Assembly (NCBI GenBank): GCA_034530615.2
Contig: JAVRCV020000004.1
Span: forward strand, 1 to 64,000
Direction: 5' to 3'
DNA from: Aulosira sp. ZfuVER01
GTDB taxonomy: Bacteria > Cyanobacteriota > Cyanobacteriia > Cyanobacteriales > Nostocaceae
Length of the DNA: 64,000 nucleotides
The stretch's first letter is position 1, and every line of letters starts with the position of its first letter. Shown one piece after another: positions 1 through 9,329 of the stretch. The notes beneath the pieces are model-generated. The model ran no database searches, was not told where the DNA came from, and worked only from the letters and a program-made list of their open reading frames with translations. The position numbers and the translations under genes were made by a program.

Positions 1-70
1 CCAATGCCCAATGCCCAATGCCCAATGCCCAATGCCCAATGCCCAATGCCCAATGCCCAATGACAAATGA
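1..70. repeat. STRR heptamer tandem repeat (CCCAATG)n
   Basis: About 9 tandem copies of CCAATGC followed by TGACAAATGA; typical of heterocystous cyanobacteria. Confidence 0.9.
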
Positions 71-447
71 CTACTAAAAAAGTGTTGATTATAGATGATG
101 AAGACCGAATTCGCGAACTAGTACAGGTTTGTTTAGAAGACTTGGGCGGATGGGCTACGCTAACGGCGGCATCAGGGCAAGAAGGGATAAAAATCGCACA
201 GACAGAATCCATTGATGCCATTTTGCTCGATGTATCTATGCCTGATATGGATGGCTTTGCAGTATACGAACAACTTCAGGCGAATGCAGTAACCCAATCA
301 ATACCAGTAATATTTCTCACAGCCAAAGTCCAAACAAGCGATCGCGCCCGCTTTGAGCAGATGAAAATTGCTGGAGTGATTACCAAACCCTTTGAACCTC
401 TCACCATTTCGCGGAATGTTGCTGAGATTCTTGGCTGGAATGACTAA
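67..447 (+). CDS. Single-domain CheY-like response regulator
   Basis: LIIDDE, ILLDVSMPDMDG (phosphoacceptor D), FLTA and ITKPF receiver motifs. Confidence 0.92.
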   Translation: MTTKKVLIIDDEDRIRELVQVCLEDLGGWATLTAASGQEGIKIAQTESIDAILLDVSMPDMDGFAVYEQLQANAVTQSIPVIFLTAKVQTSDRARFEQMKIAGVITKPFEPLTISRNVAEILGWND

Positions 448-551
448 TTTTTAAAGTTTGTAACGATATTTAGTTCTTTATTAGTTCTTTATTTTTGTCA
501 TATACCTTGCTTGGTTATAGATAACAATTTCTCACATCACAAGAAAGGTAT

Positions 552-920
552 ATGAACACTTCTCAGATTGAACGGTCTGAAGAATTTACAAACGTTACTT
601 TATTTCCATCTCAAAGTCCGGCAATCAATCAAATAAAAGAGAATTGGCTGGGCATTTCGGCTTTGCAAGCACAAACCGTGACGATTCGTGCTATCGCTCC
701 CCAAAAGCAAAAGCAAATCTTAGACCATCCTTTGAGCGAGCGAGAACTTTGTGTTCTCAAAATGATTGTTGATGGCAATAGCAATCATAAAATTGCTCAA
801 AAACTATTTATCACACTGGGAACAGTCAAGACGCACGTTCGGCATATTTTCTACAAGCTGAATGTGACAGATCGCACTCAAGCTACTGTATTGGCACTGC
901 GTTCTGGCTTAGTGGATTAA
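552..920 (+). CDS. LuxR/NarL-type HTH transcriptional regulator without receiver domain
   Basis: C-terminal LSERELCVL...SNHKIAQKLFITLGTVKTHVRHIFYKL...DRTQA LuxR HTH. Confidence 0.85.
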   Translation: MNTSQIERSEEFTNVTLFPSQSPAINQIKENWLGISALQAQTVTIRAIAPQKQKQILDHPLSERELCVLKMIVDGNSNHKIAQKLFITLGTVKTHVRHIFYKLNVTDRTQATVLALRSGLVD

Positions 921-968
921 TGCTGCGCTTGGATATCAAAATTTGTAAATTTCGTGGAGCCTAATAAA

Positions 969-1421
969 ATGAATATTTTGCCAGAAGTAACCATAACCAC
1001 CAAAACTATATTGCTTGTCGATGATGAACTCAATGTGTCCGAAATTGTGGAACTGTGTCTCAAAGATTTAGGTGGTTGGAATGTAATAACCGCCGATTCT
1101 CCATTCACAGCATTACAAAGAGCAGAAATCGATCGTCCTGATGCGATTGTGTTGGATCTGTCAATACGCGGTAGTTTTATATTTTTGAAACAACTAAGAA
1201 ATCATCTAGCAACTCAAGCAATCCCTGTTGTACTGCTGAGTGCTACGGCGCGGTGGTTAGATCCGGAATTTCTGCAAGAGTATCAAATTGCAGGTGTCAT
1301 CCTCAAACCCTTCAATCCAATTACCTTCCCTGTTGAGATGGCTAATATCATCGGCTGGGATTATCTACCAGTTTCTCATTGTGGCGTTGCCCAAATGCAG
1401 GCTGAATTAATCTCAGTTTAA
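969..1421 (+). CDS. Single-domain response regulator (receiver)
   Basis: LLVDDE, IVLDL, LLSA and ILKPF motifs; paralogous to 67..447; start chosen at ATG 969 (GTG 954 possible). Confidence 0.85.
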   Translation: MNILPEVTITTKTILLVDDELNVSEIVELCLKDLGGWNVITADSPFTALQRAEIDRPDAIVLDLSIRGSFIFLKQLRNHLATQAIPVVLLSATARWLDPEFLQEYQIAGVILKPFNPITFPVEMANIIGWDYLPVSHCGVAQMQAELISV

Positions 1422-1502
1422 AAAATGATTGCGACAGATGGATCTGTAGGGATAGGTTTCCCCTCCCAGGTTTAGGTTTTTCATCAAAGGGTGAGTAATA
1501 CC

Positions 1503-1584
1503 AATTCAAAATTCAAAATTCGTCTTGGAAAGTTTGCTCAACGGGGGGAACCCCCGCACGCAACTTTCCGCAAAATTCAAAATT
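1503..1584. repeat. Small dispersed repeat (SDR-like) inserted in AATTCAA tandem repeat
   Basis: CGTCTTGGAAAGTTTGCTC...CAACTTTCCGC flanked by AATTCAAAATT; reverse complement of the outer element at 43101-43331. Confidence 0.7.
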
Positions 1585-1687
1585 AAGAAATTGAGACTCA
1601 GCAAAGGTTCCAGGGTTTGCGTCTGATCATATTTTTGGTGAAATGGTATCAGAACTTTCATTTGAACGCAGGAATCAGCTTTTTCTT

Positions 1688-1742
1688 CCTTGTCCTCCTT
1701 GTCCCCCTTGTCCCCCTTATCCCCCTTATCCCCCTTATCCCA
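1688..1742. repeat. 9-bp tandem repeat (CCTTGTCCC/CCTTATCCC)
   Basis: About 6 tandem copies; same family recurs near 38750, 41270, 57520 and 58860. Confidence 0.8.
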
Positions 1743-1801
1743 TTTCCCGCGTTGTTGTAAAAACCTACACTTGTCAGGTGGATTTTCCCCGCCCTTTGTC
1801 A

Positions 1802-3568
1802 TTAAAAAGGATTGTAGATTAAAGAAAAATACAGCCCGTTTTCTTGCCAGGTGTTTTCTCTTGATTCCACAGAGACTAAAGGAATACCCCAATCAAGACG
1901 TGCAGTAAAGCGATCGCCTTGCGTCCAGCGCAGTCCTAAACCAACGGATGCTAAGGTGTTGGGGTCTGGGTTTTCTCTATTAGAACTATTCCAAGCTACA
2001 CCAAAGTCAACAAATGGGATGACCTGTAAAATGCTATTTATTTGGGGTAAGCGCAAAATTGGTACTTGAACTTCTGCGGAAGCAAAAGCGCCATTATCGG
2101 TCAATAAGTAATCTTGTCTGTAGCCCCGAACGCTATCAATTCCACCTAAGCCTAACTGTTCTAAAGGTAACAGCGCTCTAGATGCTAGTTGAGTATTTGC
2201 CCGGATTAATAGCAAGGTTTCTGGAGCCAACAATCTTGCCCATTGTGCTTGACCTTGCCAAGCAAAAAACCGACTATCAGGAGCATCTTGATTAATAGTT
2301 GCATCTAATACATCTATGCCTAAATTAAATTGCGATCGCAAGGCAATAACTTCACGGCTATTACGGTTTGTCCATTCCTGAAAAAAGCGCAGTGCAGAAA
2401 TGCGCGTGCGTCCTTGTTCGTCAGCGCCTAGTGAGGGAAATGGTATCCGCTCTCCTTCAATATAGCTGGCTTCGCTTTCCCGACGAGAAGCAGTCAAGCC
2501 CAAGGCAAATTCTTGGGTGGGAGTTTGAATGATTGGCTGACGGTATGTAATTTCGTAGTAACGGGAAGAAGATTCAATATCTAGGATATTAAAAGGTTCT
2601 TCAATCACATTGCTGGATGTAGTGCCAAAGTTAAAAGAAAGTGTGCCATTACGGGCATTAAGTGGCAATGTATAACCAACATCAAAGGCATTGCTGCCAT
2701 CGGTATTAGTGTAAGCAAAATTAAAGCCATCTCCGAATCCCAGCAAGTTAGCTTGATTGATTTGCAATCGACGGCGGAAACTACCAACACTAGGCGATCG
2801 CCCATTATCCAGAGCGATTTGCGCGCTAAAGGTTTTTGCTTCCTTGACTTCAACTTGTAAGACGCTCACACCAGGACGAGAGCCGGCGGATAGTTCCGCA
2901 GACAAGTTTTTAATCAAAGGATTCAGTTGTAACAGTTGCAGTGCTTCTAGCAAACGCTCCCGATTGAGAGGTGCTTGGGTGGCGATCGCTAGACGACTAC
3001 GCACATAATTAGGATTTAGTCGTTGAGTACCAGTTACCTGTATTTCTTCTAATTTGCCTTCAACAACCTGAATTTTAACTACGCCAGACTTGATAGTTTG
3101 TGGTGGAATATAAGCGCCAGAAGTAATATAACCTTTCTTGACATATAAATCGGTGATTTTAGAACGAGCTTGAAATATCTCAGCTAAAGATATCGGTCTT
3201 TTGGTAAATTCCGCAGTCGCTTTAGCTAACTCTTCCTGACTGAATACTGTGCTACCAATAACTTCAAACCTATCTACCACAATAGTTTCTGGCAGCTTTT
3301 CTGGGAGGGGCTGCTCAGGTGTAGTATTGGGGCTAGGCGACGGAAGTAACTGTTCTGGTGGGGGTAATGGCTGTGGCTGTATGGGCGAGGGAGATGGGGA
3401 AGGTACAGGTGGTTGCACATCTTGAGGCGGCGGCAGTTGTTGAGACGGTACCTGTACAGTATTAATAGTCTGGGCTTGCACTGCTCGAGAACTCATGCTG
3501 CCAAGCAACACCAACATACTCAGTTGTAACCACAATACTGCTTGCGTCTGAAGAGATTTATCGCTCAT
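1802..3568 (-). CDS. ShlB/FhaC/HecB family two-partner secretion outer-membrane protein (TpsB)
   Basis: Signal peptide, Pro-rich linker, POTRA-like region (YVKKGYITSGAYIPPQ...VVEG), SVRGY motif, C-terminal aromatic beta-signal. Confidence 0.9.
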   Translation of the reverse strand: MSDKSLQTQAVLWLQLSMLVLLGSMSSRAVQAQTINTVQVPSQQLPPPQDVQPPVPSPSPSPIQPQPLPPPEQLLPSPSPNTTPEQPLPEKLPETIVVDRFEVIGSTVFSQEELAKATAEFTKRPISLAEIFQARSKITDLYVKKGYITSGAYIPPQTIKSGVVKIQVVEGKLEEIQVTGTQRLNPNYVRSRLAIATQAPLNRERLLEALQLLQLNPLIKNLSAELSAGSRPGVSVLQVEVKEAKTFSAQIALDNGRSPSVGSFRRRLQINQANLLGFGDGFNFAYTNTDGSNAFDVGYTLPLNARNGTLSFNFGTTSSNVIEEPFNILDIESSSRYYEITYRQPIIQTPTQEFALGLTASRRESEASYIEGERIPFPSLGADEQGRTRISALRFFQEWTNRNSREVIALRSQFNLGIDVLDATINQDAPDSRFFAWQGQAQWARLLAPETLLLIRANTQLASRALLPLEQLGLGGIDSVRGYRQDYLLTDNGAFASAEVQVPILRLPQINSILQVIPFVDFGVAWNSSNRENPDPNTLASVGLGLRWTQGDRFTARLDWGIPLVSVESRENTWQENGLYFSLIYNPF

Positions 3569-4028
3569 GCTCGTTTGTCACAATTTCAAGGGATATTAAA
3601 ATTTAAGGGCTTGTTGCTAACATGGTAGGAGTGCAGTTTATGTAATCTTTGCTAGCGCTATTATCACCTAAATTTAAAACTTTACATAGAAGCTGATTTG
3701 ATACTGGTAATTCCACCATTATCATGTATATTTGGCAATTCGCAAAGAATATCCGAGCTACTTTAATTTGGATATTATGTCAAAATTTCGCTAACTTAAA
3801 TAAACCTTGTTTGTGTCTTGTTTGAGAAATAGTGAGATTTGTTATTTTCTCGATTGAGTTACTAGATTTAGATGCCAAAAATCTTTAATAATGAAGAGAG
3901 AATTCTGCTTAACTATATAGATTAAACTATTCAATAAAAGTGAATTTTATAGTATGAAAACCCGAACATACTAGCGCAACTATTAACTTCTTCATCTTCT
4001 TGTAGTTATGGCTATCGACACTCTCGCA

Positions 4029-4133
4029 GTATCATTAAGCAAGCGTGTGTGAGATGGCGACACTAACAAACTCTCAATACTCTGCATCATTTAGTTTGGT
4101 ATCATCAAGCAAGCGTGTGTGAGATGGCAGCAC
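4029..4133. repeat. Repeat-spacer-repeat unit (35-bp direct repeats, 35-bp spacer); candidate mini-array
   Basis: GTATCATTAAGCAAGCGTGTGTGAGATGGCGACAC at 4029-4063 and GTATCATCAAGCAAGCGTGTGTGAGATGGCAGCAC at 4099-4133 (32/35 identical). Confidence 0.75.
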
Positions 4134-4852
4134 TGATTTAATCAGATTCGAGAAATAATCCCAATTCACGAAAACCCTGATACAGATAGATTTTTTGTAA
4201 GGGTTTAGCATTGCTTAAACTCCTACCTAGGTGATTTGGATTGTTATTAAAGTGAAAGATATAAGGTATTGATTCAATTCTGGCTACGCGATCGCTCGCA
4301 AAAGTAGAGGCAGTTAATGCTACCCTAGAACTTGAGATAGCTCGAGTACTCTAATAATTTGTAGACAAAGACGGATCGCATCCTGAAGCGATCGCTCAAG
4401 AACAAAATTTATGGGGATTCCCTTCTAGCTTGAAAATAAGGCAGAGAGCAGGAAGCAGAAGGAAGGGCGATGAAATTTTTTCATTAAGACAGCCTTCTTA
4501 ATGGGGGACTACGTGGAAACCATGACAAAAGTTAGGCAGAGCGATCGCCACCTTTGCGGTAGTATCAAATAAAAAAGATAGGATGCAGACTCACGTATAG
4601 CAGAATTTAGAAGTAAAAATACTTAGGCAATTTCTATAACCGAGCCAAAATCAACTACTCTAGGGCAGTATTTTGTAAAGAGTATTTCAGTATAATATTG
4701 TATTTAAAGTTTTATTTCGATAGATTGAAAAATCTATCATAATTTTGGCTGTTACTCAGTGTTAATTGCCAACTTAATTGTCAGTTTATAACCACCCATA
4801 TAGGTGGGCTACTCCTTTTTATACTCCCATAACTAAATAAGATTTTCCACTA

Positions 4853-6352
4853 GTGAAGACTGTATCTCCCTCTGCTGAAGAACTACTACAACACTCGCCT
4901 CCTCTAGAACTCATCAAGCCCTTACCGACATCAGCACCCATACTCAAGACAGACTCGCCGCCAAAAATTTCTAAACAAGCTACTCGCACTAGCTTAAAGG
5001 CATCCACGATAGATGGAGTGTTTGCCACGATTTTTTCCAACATTACCGGCGGCGTCTTACTGGTTAACTTCTTACTTGAGTTAGGTGCTAGTCCAGTAGA
5101 AATCGGCTTGTTATCTTCAATTCCCTTGCTGGTGAATTTCTTACAACCATTAGGAGCCTATCTTGCAGATCGCACTTCCAGCCGTCATTGGTATACCCTG
5201 GCAATTTTTGGCCCTTCCAGACTGCTGTGGTTGATTTTAGTAGCGGGTATTGTTTGGTTCTCCAGTTATGGCACCAAATCTCATCAATTAGTAACTTGGA
5301 CGCTAGCAATAATTCTGATTACCAATATCCTGGGAGCCTTGGGCGGTTGTGCTTGGTTTAGCTGGATGGCTGCTTTAGTGCCCCCTCCCTTACGCGGGCG
5401 TTATTTTGGCTTGCGCAATAGTGCTGCTAGCTTGGCTAATCTCTTGTCTGTACCAGTCTTGGGATATGCAATTTCAGCCTGGCCTGGTGGGGGAATTCAA
5501 GGTTACGGCGTACTGTTGTTTGTTGGCGTAATCATCGGCCTCATCAGTTTGGCTTGTCAGTTTTGGATGGTGGATGTAAATCCCCAAGTTTATCGCTCCG
5601 GTAAAGCTTCATCTCAACATCAGGAAAATCCCGACAGCCCCCAACCAAACACATTCAGCATCCTCAAAGATACCAACTTCTTGAAGTTTCTGCTCTATTT
5701 TGGCGTGTGGACATTCGCCATGAACCTCAGCGCCCCGTTTTTTAACCTTTATATGTTGAAAAACCTAGATTTAGACTTGACTACAGTCACAATTTACGCC
5801 AGCTTAATTGCCGGAGCAAACTTAGTTATGCTCGTACTCTGGGGTAAGTTGGCTGATAAGGTAGGAAATCGTCCACTGCTATTGTTAGTTGGCGTTTTAA
5901 TTGCAGTCACACCATTATTTTGGCTGGGTGCTGGAAATGACTCACTTTCTGTGTGGATATGGCTACCTCTGATACACCTGGTGTCTGGTGGTTTTGGAGC
6001 AGCGATTGACTTGTGTAACAGTAATATTCAGATGGAAATGGCTCCTTTGGATCGGCCTTCTCAATATTTTGCGATCGCGGCAGCTGTTACTGGTGTTAGC
6101 GGTGGTTTAGGTTCAGCAACAGGTGGTTTTTTAGCCCAGCTAGATATTATCGGTGGCTTAAGCGGACTATTTGCTCTGTCTGCGGCTTTGCGATTAATTG
6201 CGCTTTTGCCCCTAATATTTGTGCGAGAACCCCGCAGCAAGTCTATTGCTGATGCGATCGAACAAATTCTCCCCTTTAAAGCAAAAGCAGAGTTAGTTTC
6301 AGCAGTTCAAGGTTCCGCGCCACCTCGACAACCAGAAACAATCATATTATGA
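4853..6352 (+). CDS. MFS transporter
   Basis: About 12 hydrophobic segments; MFS motif A-like GAYLADRTSSR and WGKLADKVGNRP. Confidence 0.9.
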   Translation: MKTVSPSAEELLQHSPPLELIKPLPTSAPILKTDSPPKISKQATRTSLKASTIDGVFATIFSNITGGVLLVNFLLELGASPVEIGLLSSIPLLVNFLQPLGAYLADRTSSRHWYTLAIFGPSRLLWLILVAGIVWFSSYGTKSHQLVTWTLAIILITNILGALGGCAWFSWMAALVPPPLRGRYFGLRNSAASLANLLSVPVLGYAISAWPGGGIQGYGVLLFVGVIIGLISLACQFWMVDVNPQVYRSGKASSQHQENPDSPQPNTFSILKDTNFLKFLLYFGVWTFAMNLSAPFFNLYMLKNLDLDLTTVTIYASLIAGANLVMLVLWGKLADKVGNRPLLLLVGVLIAVTPLFWLGAGNDSLSVWIWLPLIHLVSGGFGAAIDLCNSNIQMEMAPLDRPSQYFAIAAAVTGVSGGLGSATGGFLAQLDIIGGLSGLFALSAALRLIALLPLIFVREPRSKSIADAIEQILPFKAKAELVSAVQGSAPPRQPETIIL

Positions 6353-6359
6353 TCTCACC

Positions 6360-6567
6360 ATCATGCTGGTAAATTTTTTTGGCATGGGAAAGCACGGGCG
6401 AAAACCCCCCACCTCCCGCCAAATCCTCAGAACCTTCACAATTCAATAGTTTCAGCATTTTGAGTGTTTCTTGTTTCGCCTAGAGCAATGGCTGAAATGG
6501 ACTTTTAAAACAGTCCCGCCAAAATTGCCTCTAGAATTTGGTCTGTGACTAGGGTGTAGCTGGCGGT
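6360..6567 (+). promoter_or_regulatory. CRISPR leader
   Basis: Lies at the non-degenerate end of the array; TCCCGCCAAA repeated exactly 100 bp apart (6414, 6514). Confidence 0.7.
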
Positions 6568-7189
6568 CTTTCAAATTAATGATTCCCGGCAACGGGATTG
6601 AAACCTTAAAAACAACATCAAAAAGAACTCCGTAAACATTTGCTTTCAAATTAATGATTCCCGGCAACGGGATTGAAACAAGGACTAAAACCTATAAACT
6701 TAGTAGACTTAACAGGAACTTTCAAATTAATGATTCCCGGCAACGGGATTGAAACTCTTTCTCAGGAAGGCTTTCCCAAGGTTGGTTACTGCTTTCAAAT
6801 TAATGATTCCCGGCAACGGGATTGAAACAAGGATGGACTTACTTTGTGCTAAGTGACGATCATCTTTCAAATTAATGATTCCCGGCAACGGGATTGAAAC
6901 GAATACTTAGCCGTTAAAACTTCATCGGCTGAAAACTTTCAAATTAATGATTCCCGGCAACGGGATTGAAACCGTAACCCTTTACGACCCGCAGAAACTC
7001 CATGAAGACTTTCAAATTAATGATTCCCGGCAACGGGATTGAAACTACAAGGTAGTCGCTAACTTCACCAAAGTTGAGACTTTCAAATTAATGATTCCCG
7101 GCAACGGGATTGAAACTGCAATGAAGTGGGCTGCTCTTGACTAGGGTGTTCGCTTTCAAATTAATGAAGCCCGTTCGCGGAATTGAAAT
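6568..7189 (+). CRISPR. CRISPR array, type I-D-like repeat, 9 repeats / 8 spacers, no adjacent cas genes
   Basis: 37-bp repeat CTTTCAAATTAATGATTCCCGGCAACGGGATTGAAAC at 6568, 6643, 6719, 6792, 6864, 6936, 7009, 7080; degenerate terminal copy at 7153; spacers 34-39 nt. Confidence 0.97.
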
Positions 7190-7269
7190 AAGATTGCAAT
7201 TAATGCCAAATATAGTCAGCTATCAGAGATATTCAAGCTCAAACTTATCACTTTACCAAAACAAGATTT

Positions 7270-7350
7270 AGATCCCCGACTTCTTAAAGAAGTCGGGGAT
7301 CTGGGCAGCAATTTTTCCGTAGGGTGTGTTATGGCGTAGCCTAACGCACC
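7270..7350. repeat. Palindromic small dispersed/REP-like repeats
   Basis: AGATCCCCGACTTCTTAAAGAAGTCGGGGATCT (second copy ~27045-27076) and GTAGGGTGTGTTA...TAACGCACC. Confidence 0.7.
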
Positions 7351-7460
7351 ATTTTAAAGTAATTACAAATTAGTAATTATTTAGTCAATTTAAGACTCTC
7401 AAATATTTGAGAATTTATTAATTATTCACTTTTATTACCAATGTAATAATTCTGCAATTG

Positions 7461-7682
7461 TTAGTCTTCATTCCATTCCTCATTAGTTAACAAATCAATG
7501 ATTTTATCCCGTAATAAAAATTCATTTTCTTCTAATTCAAACTCCACACAAACCCAATCCCGTCCAGGAATGAATTTACATAATGTATAAATTGGATCGT
7601 TACGTTTAACTGCTCCTTTGTCCACAAGCTGACGGGCTTCTTCTTTAAGAACTTCCAGGTCATATCTAACACTAGTTTGCAT
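7461..7682 (-). CDS. DUF4327-family protein
   Basis: Y-D-L-x-x-L-K-EEARQLV...PIY-LC-FIP-RDW...ELE...RD-I-DL...W-ED pattern typical of this cyanobacterial family. Confidence 0.8.
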   Translation of the reverse strand: MQTSVRYDLEVLKEEARQLVDKGAVKRNDPIYTLCKFIPGRDWVCVEFELEENEFLLRDKIIDLLTNEEWNED

Positions 7683-7703
7683 ATAATCACCCCACAATAA
7701 TTA

Positions 7704-8768
7704 TCATTTAGAAATTCGCCATGCCGTTTGCAAACCCATCTTTCCGGCTTTTGTAAAAATCCAACAACCGCGTTGAAATGAATCTTTACCAGCTTCACAT
7801 TTAGGTTTTACTCCGATTAATTTTTCTATTTCTTCACTTGTCAGCAACCAATTAGAAGATTGGGCACGTTCTAATACATCCATGTACCACAATGGATTAG
7901 GCGTTTGTAAACGCGCATTTAATATCCTCTCCAACTTACTGAAAGATTGCGATATTTCCTCTAATATTTCATCAAGCCGCTTATTATCTGAACTATCAGA
8001 GGGAACTGTTGATGGAGTTTCTAATACCTGCTCATTCTTTAAATCACTTTGTGGCAAGTTTGCAGACGTTTGTAGAGACTCAGCAATTGTATTAGCTGCT
8101 TTTTCTACATCCTGATTAATTAAAGTATTGTATTCTGGTGGAGTTGCAACAGCCGTATTTGCTTTGGAATTGGCATAATTATAATTATTATTTAACCCAG
8201 ATAATAATTCTTCCCGTTGCGAAGCTCCTTGAAGTTGTTCATTGTTTAGAGGATATTTAATTTTTGATTCTTGCTCAAACTTGGGTTTGAAAATATCTGC
8301 TTGTTGTGCCAATTGTCTGCTTATCTTCGTAGCCAAATTACTTAAGTAAATAGCAGAACTATTTGCACCGCGTGTCGCCATTTGCTTTGCAACTTGCCTT
8401 AAAAGGTGGACAAATCGCGAGTCAATTAAGTCTTGATGCGCTGCTAAGACTTCACCTTCTTTGCCATTGGGAGAGTCTAAGAGTGTGTAAATTAAGTTTA
8501 AATAAGGTTGGATTTTATCCTCACGATCTTGGGAATTACCAGCTTGCATCAAAACATGATTTAATTGCCCTACCCAATAGTACAAAAACTTTGCTACATC
8601 CAAATTTCCATCACTGGCTATTTGTTGAGCAACTTGTTCCATTACTTGTACAAATTCGGTATTTACAAGTTCTTCATGCTGGTGCAATAGGTTCCACTCC
8701 TCTCCCTCGGGACAGGAGAGAAGTGCTTGAATCAAATCGAGATAAGCAGAGAGGCGTTGTTCTTTCAT
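7704..8768 (-). CDS. Cyanobacterial hypothetical protein with tandemly duplicated N-terminal helical domain
   Basis: Long ORF; AYLDLIQALLSCPEGEE and PYLNLIYTLLDSPNGKE repeats; start placed at MKEQ (8768). Confidence 0.75.
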   Translation of the reverse strand: MKEQRLSAYLDLIQALLSCPEGEEWNLLHQHEELVNTEFVQVMEQVAQQIASDGNLDVAKFLYYWVGQLNHVLMQAGNSQDREDKIQPYLNLIYTLLDSPNGKEGEVLAAHQDLIDSRFVHLLRQVAKQMATRGANSSAIYLSNLATKISRQLAQQADIFKPKFEQESKIKYPLNNEQLQGASQREELLSGLNNNYNYANSKANTAVATPPEYNTLINQDVEKAANTIAESLQTSANLPQSDLKNEQVLETPSTVPSDSSDNKRLDEILEEISQSFSKLERILNARLQTPNPLWYMDVLERAQSSNWLLTSEEIEKLIGVKPKCEAGKDSFQRGCWIFTKAGKMGLQTAWRISK

Positions 8769-9134
8769 CTTAGCGATGCCTCCAAATTTAGCAACTAGCA
8801 TCCGGCTATACTTTAGAATTAGCAGGAAAATTTGAGGAACTTGTGAGCAATTCACACCGATTTCAATAGGTATTTGTGTAGCATTTCCGGTAAGAAAGAG
8901 CCGTGATTGTTCATTGGTAAGAGTTTCAATGTTGTTGACATTTCGTAACATTGAAATGTCACTGCTTTCCTTTTGGGGTAAAGCTGGAAAAGAAGTGACC
9001 AATACCTTATGTACTAAGTCCGCTGGCTTTAGGAATAGCCCAACGAGAGAACGGAGTTTCCCGCAGACTGTCATTAATAAGAGATGTTTTCCTCACAACT
9101 TTCTCATATTTTTTGTCTATAACAATAAATGAGT

Positions 9135-9173
9135 CCACCTCCCGTCTTGGCTTTTGCCGAGATGGGAGAGTGG
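9135..9173. repeat. GC-rich stem-loop (dispersed-repeat-like) upstream of psbA
   Basis: CCACCTCCCGTCTTGGC-TTTT-GCCGAGATGGGAGAGTGG imperfect inverted repeat. Confidence 0.55.
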
Positions 9174-9329
9174 CGAACCCGGAGGGTGTGGAATGGTGAG
9201 GATTGTTGATAAAAGTGCAGAATTACCAACTGTAAAACCAATAAGAACCAGAAGATTATATCAACGATGAATTTCCGCTGAAATTGCTTTATCTAGCTTT
9301 ATAAGATTTGTCCATCGGAGGTATTACTC

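Noticed and set aside
1506..1908. ORFs 1506..1892 and 1690..1908
   Set aside because: Translations of 9-bp tandem repeats (DKG/SPL) overlapping the TpsB 3' end
6452..6667. 71-aa ORF
   Set aside because: Antisense read-through of the CRISPR leader and repeats
6905..6916. Spacer 5 self-targeting (12-nt match to 32358-32369, reverse strand)
   Set aside because: A 12-nt match between ~290 nt of spacers and 64 kb is expected by chance and does not extend
8769..9074. N-terminal extension of ORF 7704..9074
   Set aside because: The repeated domain begins at MKEQ (8768); the upstream part looks like fortuitously open intergenic sequence
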